A stretch of DNA of 64,000 nucleotides from a virus (lineage: Duplodnaviria; Heunggongvirae; Uroviricota; Caudoviricetes). The stretch lies in IMG/VR virus record IMGVR_UViG_3300028887_000082, one strand, 5' to 3'. Made by a program: the position numbers and the translations under genes. The first letter of the stretch is position 1; each line of letters opens with the position of its first letter. Positions 45,623 to 54,798 of this stretch are shown piece by piece. Below the pieces are notes generated by a model. That model saw nothing but the letters and a program-made list of their open reading frames with translations. It made no database searches and was not told the DNA's origin.

Positions 45623-45898
45623 ATGTTTGGAATTATTTTATCATTAGTAGCTGCACTTCTATGTGCAATTTCATGTGGTATTTACATTCTTGAAAAGAAA
45701 CCGGTGGGTGCCACATTTTTTGGATTCTTGTCAATTTTAAATCTTGTTTTCTTTTTTCTTAATCTTGTGAACTATAATTCAAATGAAATTGAGAAACATG
45801 AGATTGAAAATGTTATAAAGTATGATGTTGACAGTACCATGACAATATCCGGAAAGGACACTACAAAGACATACACAATTTATTACTACAAATATTAA
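45623..45898 (+). CDS. small membrane protein (91 aa)
   Basis: Two TM helices. Confidence 0.4.
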   Translation: MFGIILSLVAALLCAISCGIYILEKKPVGATFFGFLSILNLVFFFLNLVNYNSNEIEKHEIENVIKYDVDSTMTISGKDTTKTYTIYYYKY

Positions 45899-45902
45899 AA
45901 TT

Positions 45903-46352
45903 ATGAAACCGGAGAATAGGAATACATTGAAGAAAAGTGTGGAAGCTCTCACTACCCTTGGGTTCAAACCTGAAAACATTATGGTAACCGGAAGTATAGC
46001 TCTGGATATTGTTGGAGTACTTCCCCCGAACAGATGGACTCATGACATTGATTTCATCATCAAAATGGATGACAAGTCTTGGCATTGCATGAAACTGCTT
46101 GAAGCAATTGAAAAGGCAGATATGGGTAAGGATAGCAAGTATCCTGATGACAAGAATATGGTCTTCCTGAAGTTAAAGGGTATCAGTACTAACATATGGA
46201 GACACACTCCCAACTTTGACTGGTCAACCATCAAGGATACAGAGACTGGTGTTATGGTGGCAACAGTGTCTCATATTATTCAGGCAAAGAAGGCATATGG
46301 TCGCCAAAAGGACTATGAGGATCTTGCCGCCATTTGCAAATACATTCTTTGA
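45903..46352 (+). CDS. hypothetical protein (149 aa)
   Basis: + strand ORF. Confidence 0.5.
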   Translation: MKPENRNTLKKSVEALTTLGFKPENIMVTGSIALDIVGVLPPNRWTHDIDFIIKMDDKSWHCMKLLEAIEKADMGKDSKYPDDKNMVFLKLKGISTNIWRHTPNFDWSTIKDTETGVMVATVSHIIQAKKAYGRQKDYEDLAAICKYIL

Positions 46353-46354
46353 TA

Positions 46355-46573
46355 ATGATATTCAAGTTCAATGGAGGTAGAGGTGCCATCCTTTGTGACA
46401 AATGTGGAATCATCCTCAAGTCAGGAGATGACATTCCAAAATATGTCTGGGATGCAGTCAGGAAAGGTACTGTAAGTGACCTCCCTGGTATGTGTTGTGA
46501 TGACAACTGTGAAAGAAGTAAGAAAATTCTTGGAGACATCTACACAGGTAACACCAAAGATGTAGGACAATAA
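46355..46573 (+). CDS. small Cys-rich protein (~72 aa; internal ATG of ORF 46334..46573)
   Basis: CDKCG...CCDDNCERSKK pattern. Confidence 0.4.
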   Translation: MIFKFNGGRGAILCDKCGIILKSGDDIPKYVWDAVRKGTVSDLPGMCCDDNCERSKKILGDIYTGNTKDVGQ

Positions 46574-46583
46574 AATTAAGATT

Positions 46584-47429
46584 ATGTATTTCAAAAACCT
46601 AAAAGAAAAGTGCGAATATTACCGTTCGCTTACTGATTATAAACTGATGTCAAACTCTTATGTCCTGGTGATGGTGGATGGTCACTGTTTCAGCAAGATG
46701 ATCAAGAATAAGTTTGACAAACCATTTGATGATGAGTTCATCAATATGATGAATGAGACTGCAAAGTATCTGTGTGAACAGGTACAGGGAGTTAAGTTTG
46801 CATACACACAGTCTGATGAGATTTCACTTCTCATCACAGACTTTGACACACCAGTAACCGATGCATACTTTAGTTTCAGACTCTGTAAGATGCAGTCACT
46901 CATTGCTGCACTGGCAACTGCCAAGTTCAACCAGTTATATGCCATCCATAACATTGGTAAGGAAGTGAGTGGTGGCAGCAACAAGATTGAACTTAAGAAG
47001 ACTATTCCACTCTGTACATTTGACTGTAAGGTATGGACTGTTCCAAATGCAAATGACGCCTATGCCTGGTTCCTCTACAGACAGACTGACTGTATCAAGA
47101 ACTCAAAGGCACAGACAGCCCAGACATATCTTCCACACAAACAGTTGGTGGGTCTGACAGCAGATGATATGATTGCCAAACTCAAGGATGAGCAGAACAT
47201 TGACTGGTATGAGTTTGTCAATGGTAAGAAGTATGGAAGACTCATCAGGAAAGTGGAGACTCCTATGGAGAAAGACCTTTCCAATGGACTACACATTGAA
47301 TACATAAGGAATGTATGGACACCTGTTGAGATAACAGACTTGAGAGAGGATGGGTCACAAGTGAGAGATCTGATTCCTGAACTGTTCAGACCTGGTGTTA
47401 ATATAAAAGAAGAAATCACAGAAGAATGA
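46584..47429 (+). CDS. Thg1-like protein (tRNA-His guanylyltransferase family, 3'-5' nucleotide addition)
   Basis: YVLVMVDGHCFSKMIKNKFDKPFDDEFINMMNETAKYLCEQVQGVKFAYTQSDEISLLI parallels the Thg1 catalytic core (...VVRIDGRGFHKF...KPND...LMN.....FAYGQSDEYSF). Confidence 0.7.
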   Translation: MYFKNLKEKCEYYRSLTDYKLMSNSYVLVMVDGHCFSKMIKNKFDKPFDDEFINMMNETAKYLCEQVQGVKFAYTQSDEISLLITDFDTPVTDAYFSFRLCKMQSLIAALATAKFNQLYAIHNIGKEVSGGSNKIELKKTIPLCTFDCKVWTVPNANDAYAWFLYRQTDCIKNSKAQTAQTYLPHKQLVGLTADDMIAKLKDEQNIDWYEFVNGKKYGRLIRKVETPMEKDLSNGLHIEYIRNVWTPVEITDLREDGSQVRDLIPELFRPGVNIKEEITEE

Positions 47430-47806
47430 TTATAGGTATAGATTTTGATGGGACATGTGTAAAGCATGCATATCCCAATATAGGAGATGACATTGGTGCT
47501 GTTCCAGTACTCAAGGAATTCATAAGACAGGGACACAAACTGGTTCTCATCTCAATGAGGTCCGGGGAACTCCTGGACAATGCCGTACAGTGGTTTAAGG
47601 AGAGAGGAATTGAACTCTATGGAGTAAACCACAATCCTGATCAGGACAGTTGGACTAAGTCACCAAAGATTTATGCACAACTGTATATAGATGATGCCGG
47701 ACTTGGTTGCCCCACTAATTTTGACCAGAGAACCGGAAGACCTTATGTGGATTGGAAAGTAATTGCACAGGCATTCGGTTACAAATATGATGAACTTCCA
47801 AAATAA
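47426..47806 (+). CDS. small HAD-superfamily phosphatase (126 aa)
   Basis: Motif I IGIDFDGTCV (DxDGT); motif II LVLISMRSG; overlaps the Thg1-like stop by 4 nt. Confidence 0.5.
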   Translation: MIIGIDFDGTCVKHAYPNIGDDIGAVPVLKEFIRQGHKLVLISMRSGELLDNAVQWFKERGIELYGVNHNPDQDSWTKSPKIYAQLYIDDAGLGCPTNFDQRTGRPYVDWKVIAQAFGYKYDELPK

Positions 47807-47816
47807 TATTTGATTT

Positions 47817-48536
47817 ATGGATACTACCAATACCAATTATTATTATATGATGAGAGATGAGATAGACAGTATTGACAATCCTGAAATCAGGAGGTTTGCC
47901 AACACACTGTTGAACAGAGTCCCCGATTATTTTTTCAAGGTACCCGCATCTTCATCAGGTAAGTATCACCCAAAGAATGACCTGGGTGAGGGTGGATTGG
48001 TCAGACACTCCATCAGTGTAAAGAGAATGCTTGTACATCTCCTTGAACTGGACTGTTATAGTTTCTCTGATGATGAGAAGGATCTCCTGATTGTTGCGGC
48101 TCTGTTCCATGACTGTATGAAGTCAGGAACACAGGAGGAGTATAAGAAAAACAACAGAACCAAATTCCTCCATCCTGTCCTGGCTGCCAACTTCATTATC
48201 ACCACATCTGTGATAGATGGGTTCAAATATGATTGGGCATTGTATATTGCTGATGCTGTGATTTCACATATGGGTCAGTGGAACACCAACAAGAGTGAGG
48301 ATGGTGAACTCCCTGTCCCTGTTAATCCGGCACAAAGAATCCTCCATCTTGCAGACTATCTTGTCTCAAGAAAGGACATCAATATGGTCCTCAGGGAAGA
48401 TGATGAGATTATTGACAATGAAGTAATTGTAACCCAGGATGACAACAAGGATGAACCTGGAGATGTTCCTGAACACAAGGAGAATGGTGAGGACACCAAG
48501 ACAGCACCAGGAACAACTATGGAAATGTCAGACTGA
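47817..48536 (+). CDS. HD-domain phosphohydrolase
   Basis: GKYHPKNDLGEGGLVRHSISV ... IVAALFHDCMKSG (H...HD metal-binding motif). Confidence 0.55.
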   Translation: MDTTNTNYYYMMRDEIDSIDNPEIRRFANTLLNRVPDYFFKVPASSSGKYHPKNDLGEGGLVRHSISVKRMLVHLLELDCYSFSDDEKDLLIVAALFHDCMKSGTQEEYKKNNRTKFLHPVLAANFIITTSVIDGFKYDWALYIADAVISHMGQWNTNKSEDGELPVPVNPAQRILHLADYLVSRKDINMVLREDDEIIDNEVIVTQDDNKDEPGDVPEHKENGEDTKTAPGTTMEMSD

Positions 48537-48562
48537 TTGCTGCGATAGCGGTTGCGACAATA

Positions 48563-48596
48563 AAAAAGAGGGTGAATGATTTCATCCTCTTTTGTT
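48563..48596. terminator. bidirectional terminator (AGAGGGTGAA-TGAT-TTCATCCTCT, flanked by A6 and T-run)
   Basis: Lies between convergent genes 47817..48536 (+) and 48598..48895 (-). Confidence 0.65.
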
Positions 48597-48597
48597 T

Positions 48598-48895
48598 TTA
48601 AATACCATCACATCCTTCTTCACCAGAATCAACTTCTGCATAGTCCTCACCTTTGGGGATTGGGTCTTTAAACCTCTTCTCAAACACACCTATACCCAGG
48701 AGGGCAAATGCACCAATCATCATGGTCATTATTGCCTCACCAAGCCAAACTGCCTGAACATTCCTGAACACACTGATTACAATGACAGTGAGTAAGACAA
48801 TAAGAATGAATGTACCCAACACTCTCTTGGATGACACTCTTCCATTCGCACCGGTGAACATTGTGTCAAAGAATCTGACCTTTTTGTTTTTCATG
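48598..48895 (-). CDS. small membrane protein (~98 aa), minus strand
   Basis: Internal Met MKNKKVRFFDTMF... of minus ORF 48598..49056; two TM helices; ends at the bidirectional terminator. Confidence 0.5.
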
Positions 48896-48930
48896 TTGTA
48901 TGTGTTTATTATAAAATATTTATGTGAATA

Positions 48931-48962
48931 TTTGGATATTTCAAAAAAACATATTATATTTG
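48931..48962 (+). promoter_or_regulatory. Bacteroidota-type promoter (TTTGG, 20 nt, TATATTTG)
   Basis: TTTGGATATTTCAAAAAAACATATTATATTTGTAG upstream of 48986. Confidence 0.5.
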
Positions 48963-48985
48963 TAGTAAGAATAAAAATATAAACT

Positions 48986-49444
48986 ATGTATTGGAAATTT
49001 ATATACAGGTGGTGGTACACCGCACAGGCATCAGTAATGTATGTTTGTGCAGACAATGCAAAGGATGCTGAGAAGGAATTTGACTCCCACTTCGGTTATG
49101 AGGATGTGGATATAGTCAGTTACAGTGAAATATCCAAGGAGGATATGCTGAAGGAAATGGTGAAGGGTTACAAGGGTGATGATACCGACAAGAAACTCTA
49201 TCAAGTCTTTGAGGTGGACACCACCATTGAAGAATATAATATGGAATATTGTCTTATTGGTGCCAATAATTTGGAAGATCTCATCCAGCATCTTCCAGAC
49301 ATTCTGAAAGAATATAAAAATATATCCAAAAAAGAAATAAGGGGACTGATGAAGAACTATGAGATATACCCACCTAAACCAGTTGTGGGTACATACACAA
49401 ACAAACCATATTCTGTCTTAACTATGTTTGGTTATATGGAATAA
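48986..49444 (+). CDS. hypothetical protein (152 aa)
   Basis: + strand ORF with its own promoter. Confidence 0.5.
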   Translation: MYWKFIYRWWYTAQASVMYVCADNAKDAEKEFDSHFGYEDVDIVSYSEISKEDMLKEMVKGYKGDDTDKKLYQVFEVDTTIEEYNMEYCLIGANNLEDLIQHLPDILKEYKNISKKEIRGLMKNYEIYPPKPVVGTYTNKPYSVLTMFGYME

Positions 49445-49653
49445 CGGACGATTACGAACGACAAAATAAAAGGCATTATGTTTTATATTTATAAAAAGAA
49501 CTTGAACACAGGCAAGTCCTCATTCTTTATGAAGACTGCTGATAACAAACTGGCTGAGTCCAGGATTAGGGAACTGAATGCCGAGTCATTGTATGATGAT
49601 GAGTACTACTACATTTCAGAGACACCTATCAATGGTTAAAAAATCTAAAAATA

Positions 49654-49685
49654 TTTGGTAGTATCGATTTTTTGTTTTATATTTG
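49654..49685 (+). promoter_or_regulatory. Bacteroidota-type promoter (AATATTTGGTAGT, 20 nt, TATATTTG)
   Basis: Extended -33 AATATTTGGTAG shared with promoters at 968, 51855, 59112, 62661. Confidence 0.5.
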
Positions 49686-49713
49686 TATCAGAAACCAAAA
49701 ACAATAAACAATT

Positions 49714-49899
49714 ATGAACGACGATCAACTCTTCATAGAGGTATTCAGGAACTTCCAGGAACATTATTATGGTCTGGATATGAGAGGTACACTTGTTTAT
49801 TACAAGGGTGAGTGTAAATTCAACATAGAGGGTTACAACCTCTGTTATAATCTCCTCCGACTCACAAGGATGCTTGAAGAGGCTGGAGAACTCAGGTAA
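49714..49899 (+). CDS. hypothetical small protein (61 aa)
   Basis: + strand ORF. Confidence 0.4.
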   Translation: MNDDQLFIEVFRNFQEHYYGLDMRGTLVYYKGECKFNIEGYNLCYNLLRLTRMLEEAGELR

Positions 49900-49919
49900 C
49901 AACTTAAAACATCAAAATT

Positions 49920-50138
49920 ATGAAACTTATCAATGTAAATGACAGAGATGGGGATACTTACATAATCAATCCCATCCATGTGGAGGAAGTCAAAGTCACA
50001 CGTTCAAGTCACAATAATGACTGGTGTATTGTGATTTCCGTTGGGGAGAACAGGACACACACAATCTTGTGTCATTCAGAATCAGAGAAGGACAAACATG
50101 TTCTTGAAATCAATGCAGCAATGGAGTCAATTTCTTAA
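49920..50138 (+). CDS. hypothetical small protein (72 aa)
   Basis: + strand ORF. Confidence 0.4.
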   Translation: MKLINVNDRDGDTYIINPIHVEEVKVTRSSHNNDWCIVISVGENRTHTILCHSESEKDKHVLEINAAMESIS

Positions 50139-50254
50139 TCCTGACAACTATGAACTGGACAAATTTTTGGTTGTTCCTCATTGTACTTGTACTTTATGGA
50201 ATAGGGGATGAAATCCATAAGTTGAACAACAAAAACAAAGACTAATTTGAGATT

Positions 50255-50860
50255 ATGAAGAATATCCGTATAATTTTCAATGTCATAGCGACACTTTTGT
50301 GTATGGCTCTTGCCTTTTTGTTGATATATCCCTTCCTTGGGAATCCAAAAGAAAAGGAACTGAGAAAAATGGTGAATGTATACTATGAGACTCATGATTT
50401 CACCAACTTTGAAGAGTATCAGTCCATCCGCCTGTGTGATGAGGTTGAGCAACAGATTAAGGTTATGAACACCAAACTGAACTGGGATAAGAGTTTCTGT
50501 GAGGCATACCGGGAAAATCTTGATGGTGAGGTGGAGAGTACACTTTCAGAGGATGAGGTTGTATTCAGTTATAACTACTATAAACATGAGATAGAGAAGG
50601 ATGAAAAGATGCTTGAATATCTCAAGTATGTAAATCTGCTTTACCCGGAGAAATATAATGAGGTATCATACACTACATACAGAATAACATACCTTGGGAA
50701 AGATAAGGATGGAAATGTAATCCATGACAGATGTTATGGGAAATTTGACAATGACGGTGTGATGGTCGCATACAGAATGTCTGACACCGCCGAGTGGAAG
50801 GTTACTTATAAAGGTGAAACCACATCCATCCCAAAGTACCGTGAAATGCTTTTACAATGA
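50255..50860 (+). CDS. membrane-anchored protein (201 aa)
   Basis: N-terminal TM helix IIFNVIATLLCMALAFLLIYPFLG. Confidence 0.5.
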   Translation: MKNIRIIFNVIATLLCMALAFLLIYPFLGNPKEKELRKMVNVYYETHDFTNFEEYQSIRLCDEVEQQIKVMNTKLNWDKSFCEAYRENLDGEVESTLSEDEVVFSYNYYKHEIEKDEKMLEYLKYVNLLYPEKYNEVSYTTYRITYLGKDKDGNVIHDRCYGKFDNDGVMVAYRMSDTAEWKVTYKGETTSIPKYREMLLQ

Positions 50861-50874
50861 TTAATAGAAGTACA

Positions 50875-50912
50875 TTTGAAGAAGGTTGTCTGTGAAGATA
50901 ACCTTTTTTGTT
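50875..50912 (+). terminator. terminator hairpin (AAGGTT-GTCTGTGAAGAT-AACCTT-TTTTG)
   Basis: 6-bp stem, 12-nt loop, T-run; followed by GTTATATTT. Confidence 0.5.
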
Positions 50913-50925
50913 ATATTTACATATA

Positions 50926-51788
50926 TGATTATACCCCCAATTAAAATACAAGGAAAGAAGACCAAACTGGTTCCGAGAATAATGGAGATTGCCCAGGACC
51001 AACTGGATACACATCCGGAGATTGACACCTGGGTTGAACCCTTCCTGGGATCTGGAGTGGTGGCCTTCAACTGTCCGGACAGAATAAAGAATGTCATAGT
51101 CAATGACATCAACCCCCATATCATCAATCTATACAAACAGATTGCATGTGGATTTATCACCCCCGAAATGGTGAAAACTGTATTCTCACAACACAATGAT
51201 GCACTACTGAAAGGAGGATATACATACTATAATAAAATCAAAGACAGATTCAATAATTATTTTGATCCTATGGATTTCCTCTTCCTTACCAGGACTGGAT
51301 TCAATGGGGTGATGAGATTCAATGGTTCAGGAAAATGGAATGTCCCATTCTGTAAACTCAACAACAGGTTGTCCACAAAAGTCATAGAAGACCTTTCCAG
51401 CTCCATAGAGGAACTTTCTCACCTCTTCCTGAGCAAGTCATTCACTTTCTATAACACTTCGTTTGAGAAGGTTTTAGAGGCCTCTCCTGCCAATTCAATT
51501 TTCTATTGTGATCCTCCTTATTATGGACTCCAGGTTCAGTACTTCAAAGGGTGGGAAAAGGAAGATGAAATAAGACTCAATGAAATGTTAAAGGATAAGG
51601 TGTTCATCTACTCAACCTGGCTTAATGATGGAAAGAAAGACAACCCTATGATAGATGAATACTGGAAAGACTTTGTGGTGGAGAAGATACCTCACAAATA
51701 CAATGTGGCAGAGAAGTCCACAGAGAGAAACCAAGTGTTTGAGGGACTCATATACAGACCGGCGGAAAACAAGTTTTCATTGTTCTAA
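50926..51788 (+). CDS. dam: DNA N6-adenine methyltransferase (Dam-like)
   Basis: IIPPIKIQGKKTKLVPRI (KWAGGK-like); catalytic motif IV FYCDPPYYG; start moved to ATG 50926 because ORF start 50886 overlaps the terminator. Confidence 0.8.
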
Positions 51789-51811
51789 ACCTTGCGGTCA
51801 CGACCTTACGA

Positions 51812-51847
51812 AAGATGAAGAAACAAAAAATCTTCATCTTTTTTTTC
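51812..51847 (+). terminator. rho-independent terminator (AAGATGAAG-AAACAAAAAAT-CTTCATCTT-TTTTTTT)
   Basis: Perfect 9-bp stem plus T8. Confidence 0.75.
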
Positions 51848-51854
51848 ATTTTTA

Positions 51855-51886
51855 TTTGGTAGTTTCAAAAAAAACCTTTATATTTG
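51855..51886 (+). promoter_or_regulatory. Bacteroidota-type promoter (TTTATTTGGTAGT, 20 nt, TATATTTG)
   Basis: Upstream of 51911. Confidence 0.5.
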
Positions 51887-51910
51887 TAGTGTAAATCAAG
51901 TAACAAAGTT

Positions 51911-52234
51911 ATGAAACACTCTTACACGATTTTTCAACTTGATGATGAGAACATCAAAGTTCTCAAGGAACACAAACTCTTTGAGTCTTGGGAATTTCTC
52001 AACAGACGTTCAGAGTTTGACTTTAACCAGTATAAGAAGGTATATGAGAATGAGATCGATGGTGAAACCCCGGCAGGTATTCTTGAAGACCTGTTTCAGA
52101 AGTTCAATCTTCACATCCCGAAGGGTTTCAGAGGTCACTCCCTCTCTGTGTCTGATGTTGTCATTCTTGATGATGTCAAGTACTACTGTGACTGTTATGG
52201 TTGGGTAAATGTAGAGACAGGTAAGAAAGTCTAA
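51911..52234 (+). CDS. hypothetical protein (107 aa)
   Basis: + strand ORF. Confidence 0.45.
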   Translation: MKHSYTIFQLDDENIKVLKEHKLFESWEFLNRRSEFDFNQYKKVYENEIDGETPAGILEDLFQKFNLHIPKGFRGHSLSVSDVVILDDVKYYCDCYGWVNVETGKKV

Positions 52235-52244
52235 ACACATCATT

Positions 52245-52778
52245 ATGGAAAGGATTAATATTAGATTTAAGATAACACTCCTGATGCTTGCGATATCGCT
52301 CGCAGTAAATGTGTACTTCATATCAACCAAGGAACAGAAACATCCTGGTAATGAAGATTCATATCCTGTTGTGGTGCAGAACAATGTCTTTTACTCAATG
52401 CCTGACACCCTGTCAGACTGGAGTACCCTTCAGTTGGCAATAGCAATGACTGAGTCTGAATTCAAACCGGATGCAGTCGGAAAGACAAAGGATTATGGTA
52501 TCTATCAAATCACTCCCATTTATGTGGAAGAAATCAACAGACTCCTGGGTGAACAGATTTATACCCATAACCAGGCATTTGACATAGAAAAGTCTGTTGA
52601 AATGTTCAATGTTATGCAGGAGTTCAAGAATCCTGATCATGACATTGAGACTGCCATATACTATCACAACAAGGCCTCCTGGTATAAGAAGAAGGTGTTG
52701 AGAAACTATGAGACAGTCAAGAGGTATGAGGAGTTGAGATCCATATTACAAGATTATAACAAATCACAGAACATATGA
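52245..52778 (+). CDS. membrane-anchored lytic transglycosylase / lysozyme-like protein
   Basis: N-terminal TM helix; SLT motif LAIAMTESEFKPDAVGKTKDYGIYQIT (E-S...G..GLMQ pattern). Confidence 0.55.
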   Translation: MERINIRFKITLLMLAISLAVNVYFISTKEQKHPGNEDSYPVVVQNNVFYSMPDTLSDWSTLQLAIAMTESEFKPDAVGKTKDYGIYQITPIYVEEINRLLGEQIYTHNQAFDIEKSVEMFNVMQEFKNPDHDIETAIYYHNKASWYKKKVLRNYETVKRYEELRSILQDYNKSQNI

Positions 52779-53059
52779 GAATAGAAAAAAGGCAGAAGAC
52801 AGTGGTTGTAGACTATAATGTCTATATTGCCAATGATGGTCAGGAGTTTGCAAGTGCGGAACTGTGTCGTGATCATGAGAAGATGCTTGATGGTACCAGG
52901 ATCACCTGTCCAGAATGTGATGGAAAGAAAGGATACCGAGGTAAGTGGATAGAACCATATGATCATTGGGATGGACCAATGGGTGGTTATTATGAATGGC
53001 ATACATGTTCAAGATGTGGAGGTAAGGGTTACCTTGAAAAGAAAACAACCTGGGAATAA
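52775..53059 (+). CDS. DnaJ-type zinc-finger protein (94 aa)
   Basis: CPECDGKKGYRGK...CSRCGGKGY (CxxCxGxG repeats). Confidence 0.45.
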   Translation: MRIEKRQKTVVVDYNVYIANDGQEFASAELCRDHEKMLDGTRITCPECDGKKGYRGKWIEPYDHWDGPMGGYYEWHTCSRCGGKGYLEKKTTWE

Positions 53060-53211
53060 CTATGGCACACATATTAACACAGAAGGAAACTGAAACAAGT
53101 TCGGTGTATGTTATGCCAGCAAAAGAAAAATGCAAAACATGCATATACAAACATCATGATTGTTCAAGTGACCCGGACAACAAGTGTCAAGTAACTTATT
53201 AACCGAAGAAT

Positions 53212-53514
53212 ATGACAACTAAATCATTCAAAGAATTACTCAACAAATCCTTTGAGATAGGATTTAATGATGAGAAAAGAATCATTTGGTTTATCAATGA
53301 TTGCCCCTGGCTCAATATTGAGTGGAAAGAAGGAAATGGGTTTATCTTTGATTATAAAAAGAATACATTTGTTGCTCATATTACCATTGACAGTGTTCCA
53401 AGACTTGTGGATGCTCTAAATCTTTGTGGACTGTCAGTGTTGGCAAAACAGGTAACATATAACTTTATAGACTCCGGTAGATGTCCGGAAATAAAAGAAG
53501 ACATTGTAAAATGA
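53212..53514 (+). CDS. hypothetical protein (100 aa)
   Basis: + strand ORF. Confidence 0.4.
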   Translation: MTTKSFKELLNKSFEIGFNDEKRIIWFINDCPWLNIEWKEGNGFIFDYKKNTFVAHITIDSVPRLVDALNLCGLSVLAKQVTYNFIDSGRCPEIKEDIVK

Positions 53515-54008
53515 TAAGAAGAATAGTAGTTGACGGTAATGACGGAACAGGAAAGACTGCAACCATTAACAAGTTGAAGTTCCTATTCCCTGGTATTGAA
53601 ATACAGGACAGAGGTCTGTTCTCTGAAGCGACTCTCAATGATGAGTTGTTCAAGGAGTATGAGGAAGAGAGTAAAAGGAGGGAAAATAACCCGAATTTAT
53701 TTCTAAACTTTGGTATGAATATTGATAACCAACAGGTGAACAAAAACATCATGAATTTCCTGTTGAGTCTCAGTGAAATCCCAGAATGTGATACACTCTT
53801 TATCATATGTGTTGCAGACCCGGAGGTATGTCAACAGAGAATTGCTGCCAGAGGTGACTCCATTGAGGAGGAATATCACACAATGGAAGACTTGAAAAAG
53901 TTTGACTACCGTTTCAGAATACTGTGCAGACTTGCCGATTACAAACAGAACATAATGTTGGTTGACACAACAAACAGGACAAACCCGGATACTTGTGATC
54001 TGGTATAA
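53511..54008 (+). CDS. (d)NMP/thymidylate-kinase-like P-loop kinase
   Basis: MIRRIVVDGNDGTGKTAT parallels the Tmk P-loop (EGxDGxGKST); start taken at the internal ATG of ORF 53481..54008. Confidence 0.5.
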   Translation: MIRRIVVDGNDGTGKTATINKLKFLFPGIEIQDRGLFSEATLNDELFKEYEEESKRRENNPNLFLNFGMNIDNQQVNKNIMNFLLSLSEIPECDTLFIICVADPEVCQQRIAARGDSIEEEYHTMEDLKKFDYRFRILCRLADYKQNIMLVDTTNRTNPDTCDLV

Positions 54009-54031
54009 AAATAATATGTAAAGTTAAAGAT

Positions 54032-54304
54032 ATGGATAAAGCAAAAGAAAAAGCATTGAAGGCATACCCAGATTATGTTGGGTTCAATGACCCTAACACC
54101 ATAAACCATGTGAGAAAAGCATATGAAGATGGTTACAATGAAGGTCATAAAGACTCGGCTGTCACCACAGAGGACATAGCCAGGATAAAGGACTTGCTGG
54201 ACATCGTTCGTGCAGTCAAGGGTGTTTCAATACCTCAGGACCAGTTCTATGAGGAGGTGTTGAAGAGATACAACAACTGGAAAGAAAACAAATCAAAAAA
54301 TTGA
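54032..54304 (+). CDS. hypothetical protein (90 aa)
   Basis: + strand ORF. Confidence 0.4.
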   Translation: MDKAKEKALKAYPDYVGFNDPNTINHVRKAYEDGYNEGHKDSAVTTEDIARIKDLLDIVRAVKGVSIPQDQFYEEVLKRYNNWKENKSKN

Positions 54305-54311
54305 AAATAGT

Positions 54312-54794
54312 ATGAAGGTATTTTTCCCGGGGACTTTTGATCCCTTTACAATTGGTCATGAAGACCTTGTTAAGCGTGCATTGGCAATGGGTTTTGAGGT
54401 GGTAATCGGTATTGGCATCAATGAGAAGAAGGAACCTCTCTTCACCATAACAGAAAGACTTGATGCCATCCGTAAACATTTTGCTGGTTACACCCGTGTT
54501 GGTGTTGTTCAGTATGAGGGACTCACTGTTGATGCTGCCAGGGCAAATGGTTGCCAGGCAATCCTGAGGGGTGTCCGCTCAGTGGTAGACTTTGAGTATG
54601 AGAGAGGTCTGGCAGACATCAATGACAAGATTGACGGTATAGAGACCATCCTACTGGTATCCAAACTTGATCTCCAGTATGTGAGTAGCAGTTTTGTCAG
54701 AGAACTCATCCACTTTGGTCGCAACCCCAAGGATATGGTGATTGACACATTCCAACCGGATGTGGAACTCAAGGCATACTACAATAAGTCATAA
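54312..54794 (+). CDS. coaD: phosphopantetheine adenylyltransferase-like nucleotidyltransferase
   Basis: FPGTFDPFTIGHEDLV (GTFDPxTxGH); ILRGVRSVVDFEYERGLADIN parallels CoaD ([21 protein letters not shown]); ISSSFVRE; ~160 aa. Confidence 0.75.
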   Translation: MKVFFPGTFDPFTIGHEDLVKRALAMGFEVVIGIGINEKKEPLFTITERLDAIRKHFAGYTRVGVVQYEGLTVDAARANGCQAILRGVRSVVDFEYERGLADINDKIDGIETILLVSKLDLQYVSSSFVRELIHFGRNPKDMVIDTFQPDVELKAYYNKS

Positions 54795-54798
54795 AGTT

